A stretch of 45,331 bases of DNA from Coniocarpon cinnabarinum (taxonomy: Eukaryota): contig JAVECO010000180.1 of the NCBI GenBank assembly GCA_051942205.1, positions 1-45,331 of the forward strand, given 5' to 3'. The notes beneath the pieces are model-generated. The model did no database searches, had not been told where the DNA came from, and was given only the letters and a program-made list of their open reading frames with translations. Both the position numbers and the translations under genes were made by a program. Every line of letters begins with the position of its first letter. Position 1 is the first letter of the stretch. Shown piece by piece: positions 1-8,302 of this stretch.

Positions 1-48
1 ATAACTTCTGGTAATATGTATTCAGGCAAAGTCTTTCCTCGCTGACAG

Positions 49-759
49 TCCCAGAAAATCTCCGCCTTCAATGGCTCCACCCCCTTCACCAATCTCGCCT
101 CCACCATTACCTACGAACTCAACATCTTCTACAACCCCAACATCCTAACCACCTTCCTCGAAAACCAAGATCAAACCCGCTTCGCCGACATTGTCCCCGG
201 TGGTGGTACCAACAACGCCGGCGACACCGGAATCATCTACGAATACAACGCCCTAACCTTCCAATTCCTCCACTCTGGCATCCCCGTAACCTACTACGGC
301 TTCGAGCAACAGCTAACCGGTATCACCGACCCCGACAACCGTAACGTAATGTGGCTTGGCCCCGGCTACAACACCTCCGCACCACTCTACACCTACATAT
401 CACGTCTCCACGCCATCCGCAAATTGGTCAGCACCTCTGACCCAAACTTCTACAACAGAGACAGCAACGTCAGTTCCGTCAGTGCCCCCGGCGGTGAATA
501 CATGGTCATCGAACGCGGTCCGATCGTCATGGTCGTGAATAATGTTGGGACGGCTGAGAGTGTGGAGGGGTATAATGTCCCGTTTTCGCAGCTGGGGGAT
601 AATGTGAACTTGGTGGATCTGATTAGTTGTGAGACGGTGGTGTCGGGGGTCGGAGGAGGGTTTAATAGTGCAGGTAAAGGTGGTATGCCTAGGGTTTGGG
701 TTAGACAGGAGATTTTGGGTGTTGTTGTTAGTGGTGGTGGCAGTGATTCGCTGTGCTAA
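49..759 (+). CDS. GH13 (Taka-amylase A type) alpha-amylase, last exon; 5' part lies outside the window
   Basis: Frame 1 is open after an intron 3' end (branch GCTGAC 41-46, acceptor AG at 48 or 54). It reads ...TTFLENQDQTRF...NALTFQFLHSGIPVTYYGFEQQLTGITDPDNRNVMWLGPGYNTSAPLYTYISRLHAIRK, matching the FVENHDNPRF / GIPIIYAGQEQ / DPANREATW motifs of fungal GH13_1 amylases. Stop TAA at 757-759. Confidence 0.88.
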   Translation, partial: SQKISAFNGSTPFTNLASTITYELNIFYNPNILTTFLENQDQTRFADIVPGGGTNNAGDTGIIYEYNALTFQFLHSGIPVTYYGFEQQLTGITDPDNRNVMWLGPGYNTSAPLYTYISRLHAIRKLVSTSDPNFYNRDSNVSSVSAPGGEYMVIERGPIVMVVNNVGTAESVEGYNVPFSQLGDNVNLVDLISCETVVSGVGGGFNSAGKGGMPRVWVRQEILGVVVSGGGSDSLC

Positions 760-798
760 ATTAACTTCCAAGTAATTGCGGGAGATAATCGACGTCGA

Positions 799-974
799 CA
801 CTTTCTTCTCACCGGTCCAGCCTACCGCTTTAAGTCGCTCGGTAAGAATCGGATGCGAGTAATGATAGCTAGAGTACAAGTAATCGGCGTCCATGGAGGA
901 CAAGTTCTGGACTTGTAGTTTGATAAGGGAGGAGGCTAGTTCGGTTGCGTAGCCGAGTTTTTGGGAGAAAGCGT
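799..974 (-). pseudogene. STE24: Isolated terminal-exon fragment of CAAX prenyl protease Ste24 (peptidase M48)
   Basis: Minus strand encodes DAFSQKLGYATELASSLIKLQVQNLSSMDADYLYSSYHYSHPILTERLKAVGWTGEKKV, the characteristic Ste24 C-terminus (YHYSHP-x-LxERL). It is preceded by a branch site ACTAAC (993-988), acceptor CAG (977-975) and a long pyrimidine tract. No upstream Ste24 exon and no nearby stop were found. Confidence 0.8.
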
Positions 975-1168
975 CTGTTCCAGAAGTGTTAGTGGAGAAA
1001 AGTTTGGGGGATGGGAAGGGAGGGAAGGGTGGAAAGGCTGAGCAGGGCGGCAAGGATGGGAAGAAGGGGGTTGAAAAGGGGGCGAAGGCGGTGAGTGTTG
1101 ACTTCCCTTGGTTTTTATCTCATTCACTGACTGAAGGGGTGTAGTCTGCGACGAGCACACCAACTGCG

Positions 1169-2059
1169 ATGCCATCAAAGCCTTCTAAATCCAAAGGCGC
1201 AGCGAAAACTGCAGGAGTTGCATCACGCTCATCTGAGCCGGCTATTGCAAACTCAGATAGCGAAGACCAGGGAGAGCTCAGCGAGACTGCTGACAATGGA
1301 GAGACACCAACGCCCCGTACTCCTCATGTCAGAGACGCAACACCCACGCACAGCTTCACGCCCCTCAATGCCCCCTCCAAGTCACCAATGCCAAACGGAG
1401 ACAAATCGAAGGACAAGAACGAGTTGGGCGACGGCATCGAAGCCGTCAGCGACGACGACGTACCAAATGGAAACCTCCACGCTCCCAACGTCACGCCTCT
1501 CAAAGAGAAATCCCCTTCCTCGCATCGAGCCACACCTTCGAAGTCCAGCAGCACGGCGCAGAAGTCTTCTGAGTCCGTCACTCCCGCGCCTAAGAAACAA
1601 GAGGCTCCAGTTTCTGAATCAATGACTCCAACACCAACCCCTTCATCCTCCTTTTCCCAATCCCAATCAAACAAGCCCTCTAACCTTAGTGACGTCAATT
1701 TCCTCCTCTACGTCACCGTCGCTTCCCCTAGCAATGCATCACCTGCCTCCTCACCCCCCGAGCCCAGCGGGAAGAAACCAAAGAAACAAACAAAGACCGT
1801 GATCCCCCTCACCTTCACGTCTTGGCCTTCCATGAAGGACACGATTCTGGAAGAGCTGCCGCCTAAGATGGCGACCGCTTTTGATAAGGCGACGCTGATG
1901 ACGATTGCAGTCAAGGGTGGGAAAATTGAGACTAAGGTTAAGATTGCGGGGGTGGAGAAATTCATGGTGGATAAGGCAGTGGCGAGCGCATTGGGGGAGG
2001 TGATGAAGGCTTCTGGGGAGGACGCGGAGGAAGTGGAATGCGAGGTTCGTTTTGAGTAG
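1169..2059 (+). CDS. Hypothetical protein, 296 aa; disordered S/P/K-rich N-terminus plus ~100 aa compact C-terminal domain
   Basis: Intronless ATG-to-TAG ORF with protein-like composition. No family recognised. Confidence 0.7.
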   Translation: MPSKPSKSKGAAKTAGVASRSSEPAIANSDSEDQGELSETADNGETPTPRTPHVRDATPTHSFTPLNAPSKSPMPNGDKSKDKNELGDGIEAVSDDDVPNGNLHAPNVTPLKEKSPSSHRATPSKSSSTAQKSSESVTPAPKKQEAPVSESMTPTPTPSSSFSQSQSNKPSNLSDVNFLLYVTVASPSNASPASSPPEPSGKKPKKQTKTVIPLTFTSWPSMKDTILEELPPKMATAFDKATLMTIAVKGGKIETKVKIAGVEKFMVDKAVASALGEVMKASGEDAEEVECEVRFE

Positions 2060-2424
2060 TGGTGGACCAGGAGGTCGTTGATCGGGACGACGGACAGTCC
2101 GACGGCAATGATGGATGGATGAATTGTCAGTGTGCGAATGCGCTTGGATGCGTTCTCTTTCATGTTTGGGGAACTGCTTCGAGCTGTACCGTCCACTTTT
2201 GCGTATCTTTGCAGCCATTTGATCGACTTCAGTGAGTCCACCTCTGAGGACTCTTGACGATCAATCCTTGGTGCTGATCTCGCTCTGATTGTTGGAGTTA
2301 GATGCCGGCAGTTTGATCGCTTCTAATCAGTCAAATCATGATCAATGCCGAACCTCCTCATTTTTCGAATCTTGCGCAGCGTGACCGCTTCTTTGCCAGA
2401 AATCCTGCATACGTCATATTGGCT

Positions 2425-3177
2425 TCAATCGCCCTTCCAAGCCAAATTGATACCCCTCTCTTTCCCTAGTCGTTCCACTGCCTTGATCCAAGCGTCTACC
2501 ACATCCATTCGTATCACCTCTTTTCGCTCTTTCCGCTTGTCCTCTTTCTTTACATCACCATGACCTTTCCTTGCGTTGTCCTCCGTTGCATCTTTGTCAT
2601 CCCGCGCCCCCTCTGCTTCTTCTGTGCCTCCGTCCTCGTCATCTTCTTCAGCTTCAAATTCCGGCACCGTTACCAGCTTCTCTAGCTTCAATTCTTCTTC
2701 AGCCTGTTTCAACAAACTTTCCACATCCCCCTCACTTGTCCCACTTCCAGCTCTATGTCCGTGATCCCGTTTCATCAACTCCCTCAAACTCCCAATCACA
2801 AACCCCACTCTAATACCTACCTCCGCGCCGATAGGAAATCCTGTATCGAACCCCTCCTGAGCCCGTTGCGGATCATCTTTGCCATCTGACAACCCTGCAC
2901 GATATCCGAGTGTGGTGTGTTGACGTCTCAGCGAGGGAAGCTCGCTTGGTTCTCTAAAGCCAGCCTCTCTCGCGCCCGGTTCTCTGGAGCTAGGATCCTT
3001 GAAGTCAAGTTCTCCAGACCCTGGTTCTCTGAATCTGGGAGTCCCAGAGTGTTGATGGAATGCGTTCGGACAAGACGAACTGATATCACTATCTGACTCC
3101 CAGACTGGCGAATGAGGTGATGGAGGGGGCGAGATGTTGCCATTTATAGTGGTGTAATTGGTTGTATGACTGGTCAT
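2425..3177 (-). CDS. YAE1: Yae1 family protein (Yae1_N / deca-GX3 domain, Fe-S assembly adaptor for Rli1)
   Basis: ELPSLRRQHTTLGYRAGLSDGK...AQEGFDTGFPIGAEVGIRVGFVIG shows the GX3 periodicity of Yae1/Lto1. First in-frame ATG is at 3177 (MTSHTT...); the ORF-track start at 3243 is a TTG. Confidence 0.8.
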   Translation of the reverse strand: MTSHTTNYTTINGNISPPPSPHSPVWESDSDISSSCPNAFHQHSGTPRFREPGSGELDFKDPSSREPGAREAGFREPSELPSLRRQHTTLGYRAGLSDGKDDPQRAQEGFDTGFPIGAEVGIRVGFVIGSLRELMKRDHGHRAGSGTSEGDVESLLKQAEEELKLEKLVTVPEFEAEEDDEDGGTEEAEGARDDKDATEDNARKGHGDVKKEDKRKERKEVIRMDVVDAWIKAVERLGKERGINLAWKGD

Positions 3178-3492
3178 ATTTTGGGGAAATTGTGACTCCA
3201 AGGAGGAAATGGAGGTGTCGGAATTATCTTCGAGTGCTCTCAATTGAATTAAGAGATAGTGTTGCTCTCAGCTTCCCCTGAGCAGCTGTTTTGAAGTGGG
3301 CGAAAACCTGCTGTCCTATACCTTTTTTCTTACCGAGACTGAGTCGTAGTGTTCAAAGCGATTAAGGATTTTTAAAAAAGGTCAATGGGATTGATCGACA
3401 CCTTTGCTTCATCCGGCAGATTTGGCTTCGTTTTGAGACTCTTGGTTCAAAACTTGAACGTATAGGAACAATTGTATAGAAAAGGCGAATTG

Positions 3493-3502
3493 ATCACGTG
3501 AC
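3493..3502. promoter_or_regulatory. bHLH/Cbf1-type E-box (ATCACGTGAC) upstream of YAE1
   Basis: Exact RTCACGTG match ~315 bp upstream of the YAE1 ATG. Function is inferred. Confidence 0.35.
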
Positions 3503-3693
3503 GTCCCACTTCGTGATGATGGAATTTCCTCCAATCACATGCAGCCTTAATTCAACGAAGAAATAATGCTGCTGCAAAGTCGACGATCAACTTTAAAAAT
3601 ATGTACATGCTCTACGACGCCCACGGAAGTCCATGCTACGCAAATAAAAAAGCCCCACAACATTTCAATGCTCATATCATGATCGTAGATAGC

Positions 3694-5911
3694 CTAATAC
3701 GTTCGCTTGAACGGTGGTATCGACTTGCACTCGGCTTCGTCGAGAGTATGGCCAATGACCTGCCGATAGCCGATGTCCACCTTGCTGTGCGGCTGCTTTT
3801 GCCACGAGAGCGTGTGCTTCATCCAGTGTGCGTCATCTCGTTCGGGGAAGTCTTCTCGAGCGTGAGCACCACGAGACTCTTTGCGATTTGCCGCTGACTC
3901 GGCCGTTTGGACGCTGTAGATGAGTTAGCTTCAACCGAACCTGATCAAAAAGGGTAGTTTGTACTTACGCGCAAGTCAACAGGTTTCGCAGCTCCAGACT
4001 CTCCACTAGGTCCGAGTTCCAGATCATACTTCGATCTTGTGTCTTGAGGTCGTTATACATTTGATCCGTCTCGCGCATCTTCGTCACACCCTCTTCCAAA
4101 CTCTCTTGTGTTCTGAAGACACTGACATCACTTTGCATGACCTTTTGCATCTTCGATCGGATCTCTGCTGTCGAATGCGTTCCATTGGCGGTCCTGATTT
4201 TGTCCACGACGTTAATGGCGTCTGCTCCTGCCTCACCGCCGAGCTCTGGATGTGGCTTGCCTGGCGAAAAATTCTCGCGAACAGTGTGAGAAACCGCGCG
4301 GCCAAAGACAACCAGATCGAGGAGCGAATTGGCTCCGAGACGGTTGGCTCCGTGTACAGAGACACAAGCGGCTTCACCGCACGCGAACAAGCCAGGCACG
4401 ACCTTGTCCTCGCCGTTCGGTCCGGTTGTAAGTACTTCGCCGGTGTATTTTGTGGGGATGCCTCCCATGTTGTAGTGTACTGTAGGCAGGACTGGAATCG
4501 GTTGCTTTCTCACATCGACGCCAGCGAAGATCGAGGCGGTCTCAGAGATACCAGGGAGTTTGCTGTGGAGTTGCTCTGCAGGGAGATGACTGAGTTGAAG
4601 GTAGAGGTGGTCCTTGTCTTGTCCAACACCACGGCCCTCCCGAATCTCAAGAGTCATCGATCTGGATACGACATCTCGACTTGCCAGGTCCTTTGCTGTT
4701 GGCGCATAACGCTCCATGAAGCGTTCGCCTTCAGAGTTGAGCAGGATGCCGCCCTCGCCACGAGAGCCCTCGGTGATCAGACAGCCAGCGCCGTAGATGC
4801 CAGTAGGATGGAATTGCACAAACTCCATATCCTGGTTAGGAAGGCCCGCACGTGCTACCATAGCCATGCCGTCTCCAGTGCAGGTGTGCGCCGATGTGCA
4901 GCTGAAATATGCTCGGCCGTACCCGCCAGTAGCTAACACGGTGTGATGTGCGCGGAACCTGTGGAGAGTGCCGTCTTCTTGATTGTATGCCACAACACCC
5001 TTACATTCGCCGTCTTCCATGATGAGGTCGATGGCGAAGTACTCAATGAAGTAGTTGGTGTTGTGCCGAAGGGACTGGCCATAGAGTGTGTGAAGCATCG
5101 CGTGGCCTGTGCGATCGGCTGCTGAAGCTGTCCGATATGCCTGACCACCTTTTCCGTACTTTTGTGTTTGACCACCAAACGCGCGTTGGTAACTGTGATA
5201 ACGTCAATATGGTGGTACAAAACCACATGGGTATGCTTTAAACGTACATTTTACCCTCTTCAGTCCGCGAGAACGGGCAACCGTAGTTTTCTAGCTCAAT
5301 GACGCTTCGGGGTGCTTCTCTGGTCATGTAGTGTATTGCGTCCTGATCACCGAGCCAGTCTGAGCCCTTGACAGTATCGTAATGATGGCATCTCCAATCG
5401 TCTTCATGCATGCTATAAGGCATGCGTCAGCCCCTATCCCTCAACGTTGTTAAGTCGGCCAAGAACTTACTTGCCGAGGGCTGCGTTGATACCACCCTGA
5501 GCTGCCACGGTATGACTTCGTGTGGGAAAGAGCTTGGTTATACATGCAGTGTTGAAACCGGCCTCTGCCAGACCAAACGCCGCTCGAAGACCCGCTCCGC
5601 CTGCGCCAACGACCAAGGCATCATATTCATGGTCGATGACTGGGTATTTGTTGCCACCACCGGGCAGGTTTGTTTCTGTGGCTCGTAGTGGCTGACTTGA
5701 AACAATGCCGGCTCTTGTAAGTGATGTCGAGAAAGGGCGAGCTCTGAATTGAAGTCTGCGAGGTGCCTGCTGCTGTATCAGCCTCGATTCGAGCAGCACG
5801 ACATGGAAGCCAGATGGATTCAGGATCGCAAAGCAGTAGCACATGTGGGGTCCAGAAACGAAAAGGACTTACCCTAGGCGCAGCAAAGCGCTTCAACCCC
5901 AGCGAGAACAT
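3694..5911 (-). CDS. SDH1: Succinate dehydrogenase flavoprotein subunit, mitochondrial precursor, 5 exons
   Basis: Exons are approximately 5911-5873, ~5770-5471, 5412-5248, 5192-3969 and 3913-3694, with GT..AG introns and branch sites. Motifs: [19 protein letters not shown] (covalent FAD His), [46 protein letters not shown]. Ends PPFKRTY-TAG. Confidence 0.97.
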
Positions 5912-6223
5912 GGTGACTGACAACGGACCAGCTTATGTCGACACTTTGTCGCTGGTGAAGATGCAGAGCGGAGATGTAAGAGAAGCCGTCGTGGTTCGTG
6001 CTTTCGACATTCAGATGAACGAGAGAAATGCAGTGCTTTGTCGACCTAGCCGAGGCCGAGATCACGCGAGATATACGCGCACAGAGCTTACTTGATCTGG
6101 ATATACGCGATAGTACCGGAATGCCAAGCTAGTCTCGAGCTTCATGCGCTACCACAGCCTTGCGAGAACCCTCGAGCTTTCTCTTAGGTACCGACTGTAT
6201 GACAGCGGGAAAGGCGCAAATGT

Positions 6224-8029
6224 CTAGATGACGGTACTGGCGAACGCGTCAATAGTTGATGCAAGATGTTCCTGACGTTGTTCTTCCATAGACGGGTCCA
6301 GGCAAGCTTGCACAACAGCGCGGTATCTGTCGCCCATCCTGAAAGCTACCTTTTCGAGGTTGCTGTTTTGCCTAGTCTTTGACATGTGCTGTTGAACTTG
6401 CTGCAGATGGACGTTCCACAATTGAGCGCCTCTGAGGTCGACGACGTTCTCGTGCTGCAAGATCGCCGAAAGCGGCGTCCAGCGAGCGATCTCGCACAAG
6501 ACTAATCCCAAAGAATACAACTCTTTATACGGATCGAAGCCTTCGTTCGATAAGGCCAAAGCATTGGGGTGACGATAGATGTCTCTTTGAGGAGACGACA
6601 GCGGCTGCTCTGATACTGCAAGTGGATCAGACTCTCTTGCCCATGTAAAACCAGCCAGGAAGGGGTGGCGCAAACTTTCTATAGGAGCTTGAGAATCGCC
6701 ATGAGCTTCATGCGCCGATGCAGGAGGGAAGAAAAGAATGTTGTCGGATCTCATGTCTTTGTGATACCACTTAGCGACATGCAACAGTCGTACTGCCTTG
6801 ATGAGAAGCTTGGCTAACCTGAGGCGTTCTGTGACACTGGGAAGCAGGTTCAACTTGGTCGACATCGCAGCTCGCAGAGTAATAGGATCCTGAGCGCCCT
6901 GAGGCATTGGATGCTCAAAGACAAATCCGACTTTAGGTGGTTGCTCGTCCTTGACGATGCCGAGACAATTGAGTGAGAGGAAAGGACTTGGGCCAAGACC
7001 ACCAAGGAGTGCAGCCAAGTTCGTAATCCTGGTAGATATCTTGCGGCTTGCAGGTCCTTCCATGCGCTTCCATTCCACTAACACGGGCTTATGATTGTAA
7101 ATCAACATTCGTCTCTCCCCATCTGAAACTGTAGCAGCGTCGAACTCTGTATCAAAGGTCGTCTGTAGAAGCTGTCGGTCTAAGAGCCCCTGTGTCTGTG
7201 CACGGCTCCGCAGCCGGTTTGCAAATTCCTCATCCAGAGCAGGGATCTCCGAACGGCCATCAACCATAACACTGCTCGACTTATCTTGGCCGAGCATTCG
7301 AACTACCTTGAGCTCTGCTGCACATGCTATGTCTACAGAGTGGAGCATTCCAACGGTATGTTGTTCGCTGCATCGCGCTTGTGAAAGCTGAATGGCGTCG
7401 CGAAAGTCCAAGAGGCGGTCGAGCTTCTCGTCCATTGTGACTAAGCTTTCCAAAGTCCGATTGACGTTCCTCAGTATCTCGTCTTGCAGCACCCCGTCCA
7501 ACAGGCGCCACAGGCGTTGTATGTGGTTCTGGATGTCAGCAAGCAGATCTTGGAAACGCTGTTTGTCTACAGCAGCCCACCACAGGCGCTTTGAAATCAT
7601 CTGGACGGAGTCGGCGATTCTGGCTCGACGAAGTATATCGTTACGTGGCTGCTCAAGCACGTCCGTGACAAGGAAACCATCATCCAAAGGCGTGTTCTCT
7701 GTTATTCCCATAGTCTCGTCCCTGCTACCGTTTCGGATGTCCAGTTTGTATCTAATTTTGAGCTTGTTAGTGTCAAGCATCAGATCTTGCAATTGCTGCA
7801 GTGTTTGCTCTGTAAGCAGCGGATTGAGTCGAGTACTGAGCTTCGGATTCTCACGAAGCAGACCAGCTCTTCTGGCCCACTCGATAAGACGAACTTCTTC
7901 AATATTGAGTGAGCAAACCAAAGCGGTGCCATGCCTCTCCATATTCCATGCCGTAGAGAGAAGTACAAAGCCTCGAATGCATCCTCCCAGCAGCTGTAGC
8001 GCTAGAGAAATTTCCCCAACGCCTGACAT
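6224..8029 (-). CDS. HeLo (prion-inhibition, HET-S N-terminal-like) domain fused to a kinase-like, probably catalytically dead domain, 601 aa
   Basis: The N-terminus MSGVGEISLALQLLGGCIRGF...LNIEEVRLIEWARRAGL and RLWWAAVDKQRFQDLLADIQNHIQRLWRLL bracket a HeLo-type domain. The C-terminal half has kinase-fold landmarks VLVEWK, HKDMRSDNILFF, LAGFTWAR (no DFG Asp), YRHP and ELYSLGLVLCEIARW, with no Gly-rich loop. Confidence 0.85.
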   Translation of the reverse strand: MSGVGEISLALQLLGGCIRGFVLLSTAWNMERHGTALVCSLNIEEVRLIEWARRAGLLRENPKLSTRLNPLLTEQTLQQLQDLMLDTNKLKIRYKLDIRNGSRDETMGITENTPLDDGFLVTDVLEQPRNDILRRARIADSVQMISKRLWWAAVDKQRFQDLLADIQNHIQRLWRLLDGVLQDEILRNVNRTLESLVTMDEKLDRLLDFRDAIQLSQARCSEQHTVGMLHSVDIACAAELKVVRMLGQDKSSSVMVDGRSEIPALDEEFANRLRSRAQTQGLLDRQLLQTTFDTEFDAATVSDGERRMLIYNHKPVLVEWKRMEGPASRKISTRITNLAALLGGLGPSPFLSLNCLGIVKDEQPPKVGFVFEHPMPQGAQDPITLRAAMSTKLNLLPSVTERLRLAKLLIKAVRLLHVAKWYHKDMRSDNILFFPPASAHEAHGDSQAPIESLRHPFLAGFTWARESDPLAVSEQPLSSPQRDIYRHPNALALSNEGFDPYKELYSLGLVLCEIARWTPLSAILQHENVVDLRGAQLWNVHLQQVQQHMSKTRQNSNLEKVAFRMGDRYRAVVQACLDPSMEEQRQEHLASTIDAFASTVI

Positions 8030-8302
8030 TGCAAGTACGTCCCAGACCTCCTTTCACAATGCTAGGTCTTGATGCGGTGGAAACCTCGTCAAAAGTATGC
8101 TCTAGCACAATGCGCTTTCCATCTTCTAGGCTCCATCGCTTGTGCGGGCGGACTTGCTCGTGCACGAGGCTGCGATGGCGTTCGCCCTGAAGAAGTTAGT
8201 CTGCAAAAACGGTTCAGGCGCAAGGCTGAGCCTCTTGTTCAGCTCCGCTTACCTTACTCTCGAAGCATCGTCTCAGAATGCTCTTGGGGAAGGGAGCTCG
8301 AC
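8030..8302. promoter_or_regulatory. Short (273 bp) probable bidirectional promoter between the HeLo-kinase and kinase-ankyrin genes
   Basis: Divergent ATGs at 8029 (-) and 8303 (+). Confidence 0.55.

Noticed and set aside
400..1053. 217-aa minus ORF as a real gene
   Set aside because: It is a composite of intron pyrimidine tract, the STE24 exon fragment and antisense amylase sequence, with a non-ATG start.
3601..4936. Long + strand ORFs (3601..3897, 4037..4936)
   Set aside because: Antisense shadows of SDH1 caused by codon bias; no protein-like features.
7392..8072. 226-aa + strand ORF
   Set aside because: Antisense shadow of the HeLo-kinase gene.
8069..8302. N-terminal 78 codons of the ORF-track kinase ORF
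   Set aside because: They begin ~40 bp from the divergent gene's ATG and are not protein-like; the ATG at 8303 (MDMDTTGW) is more plausible, though not proven.
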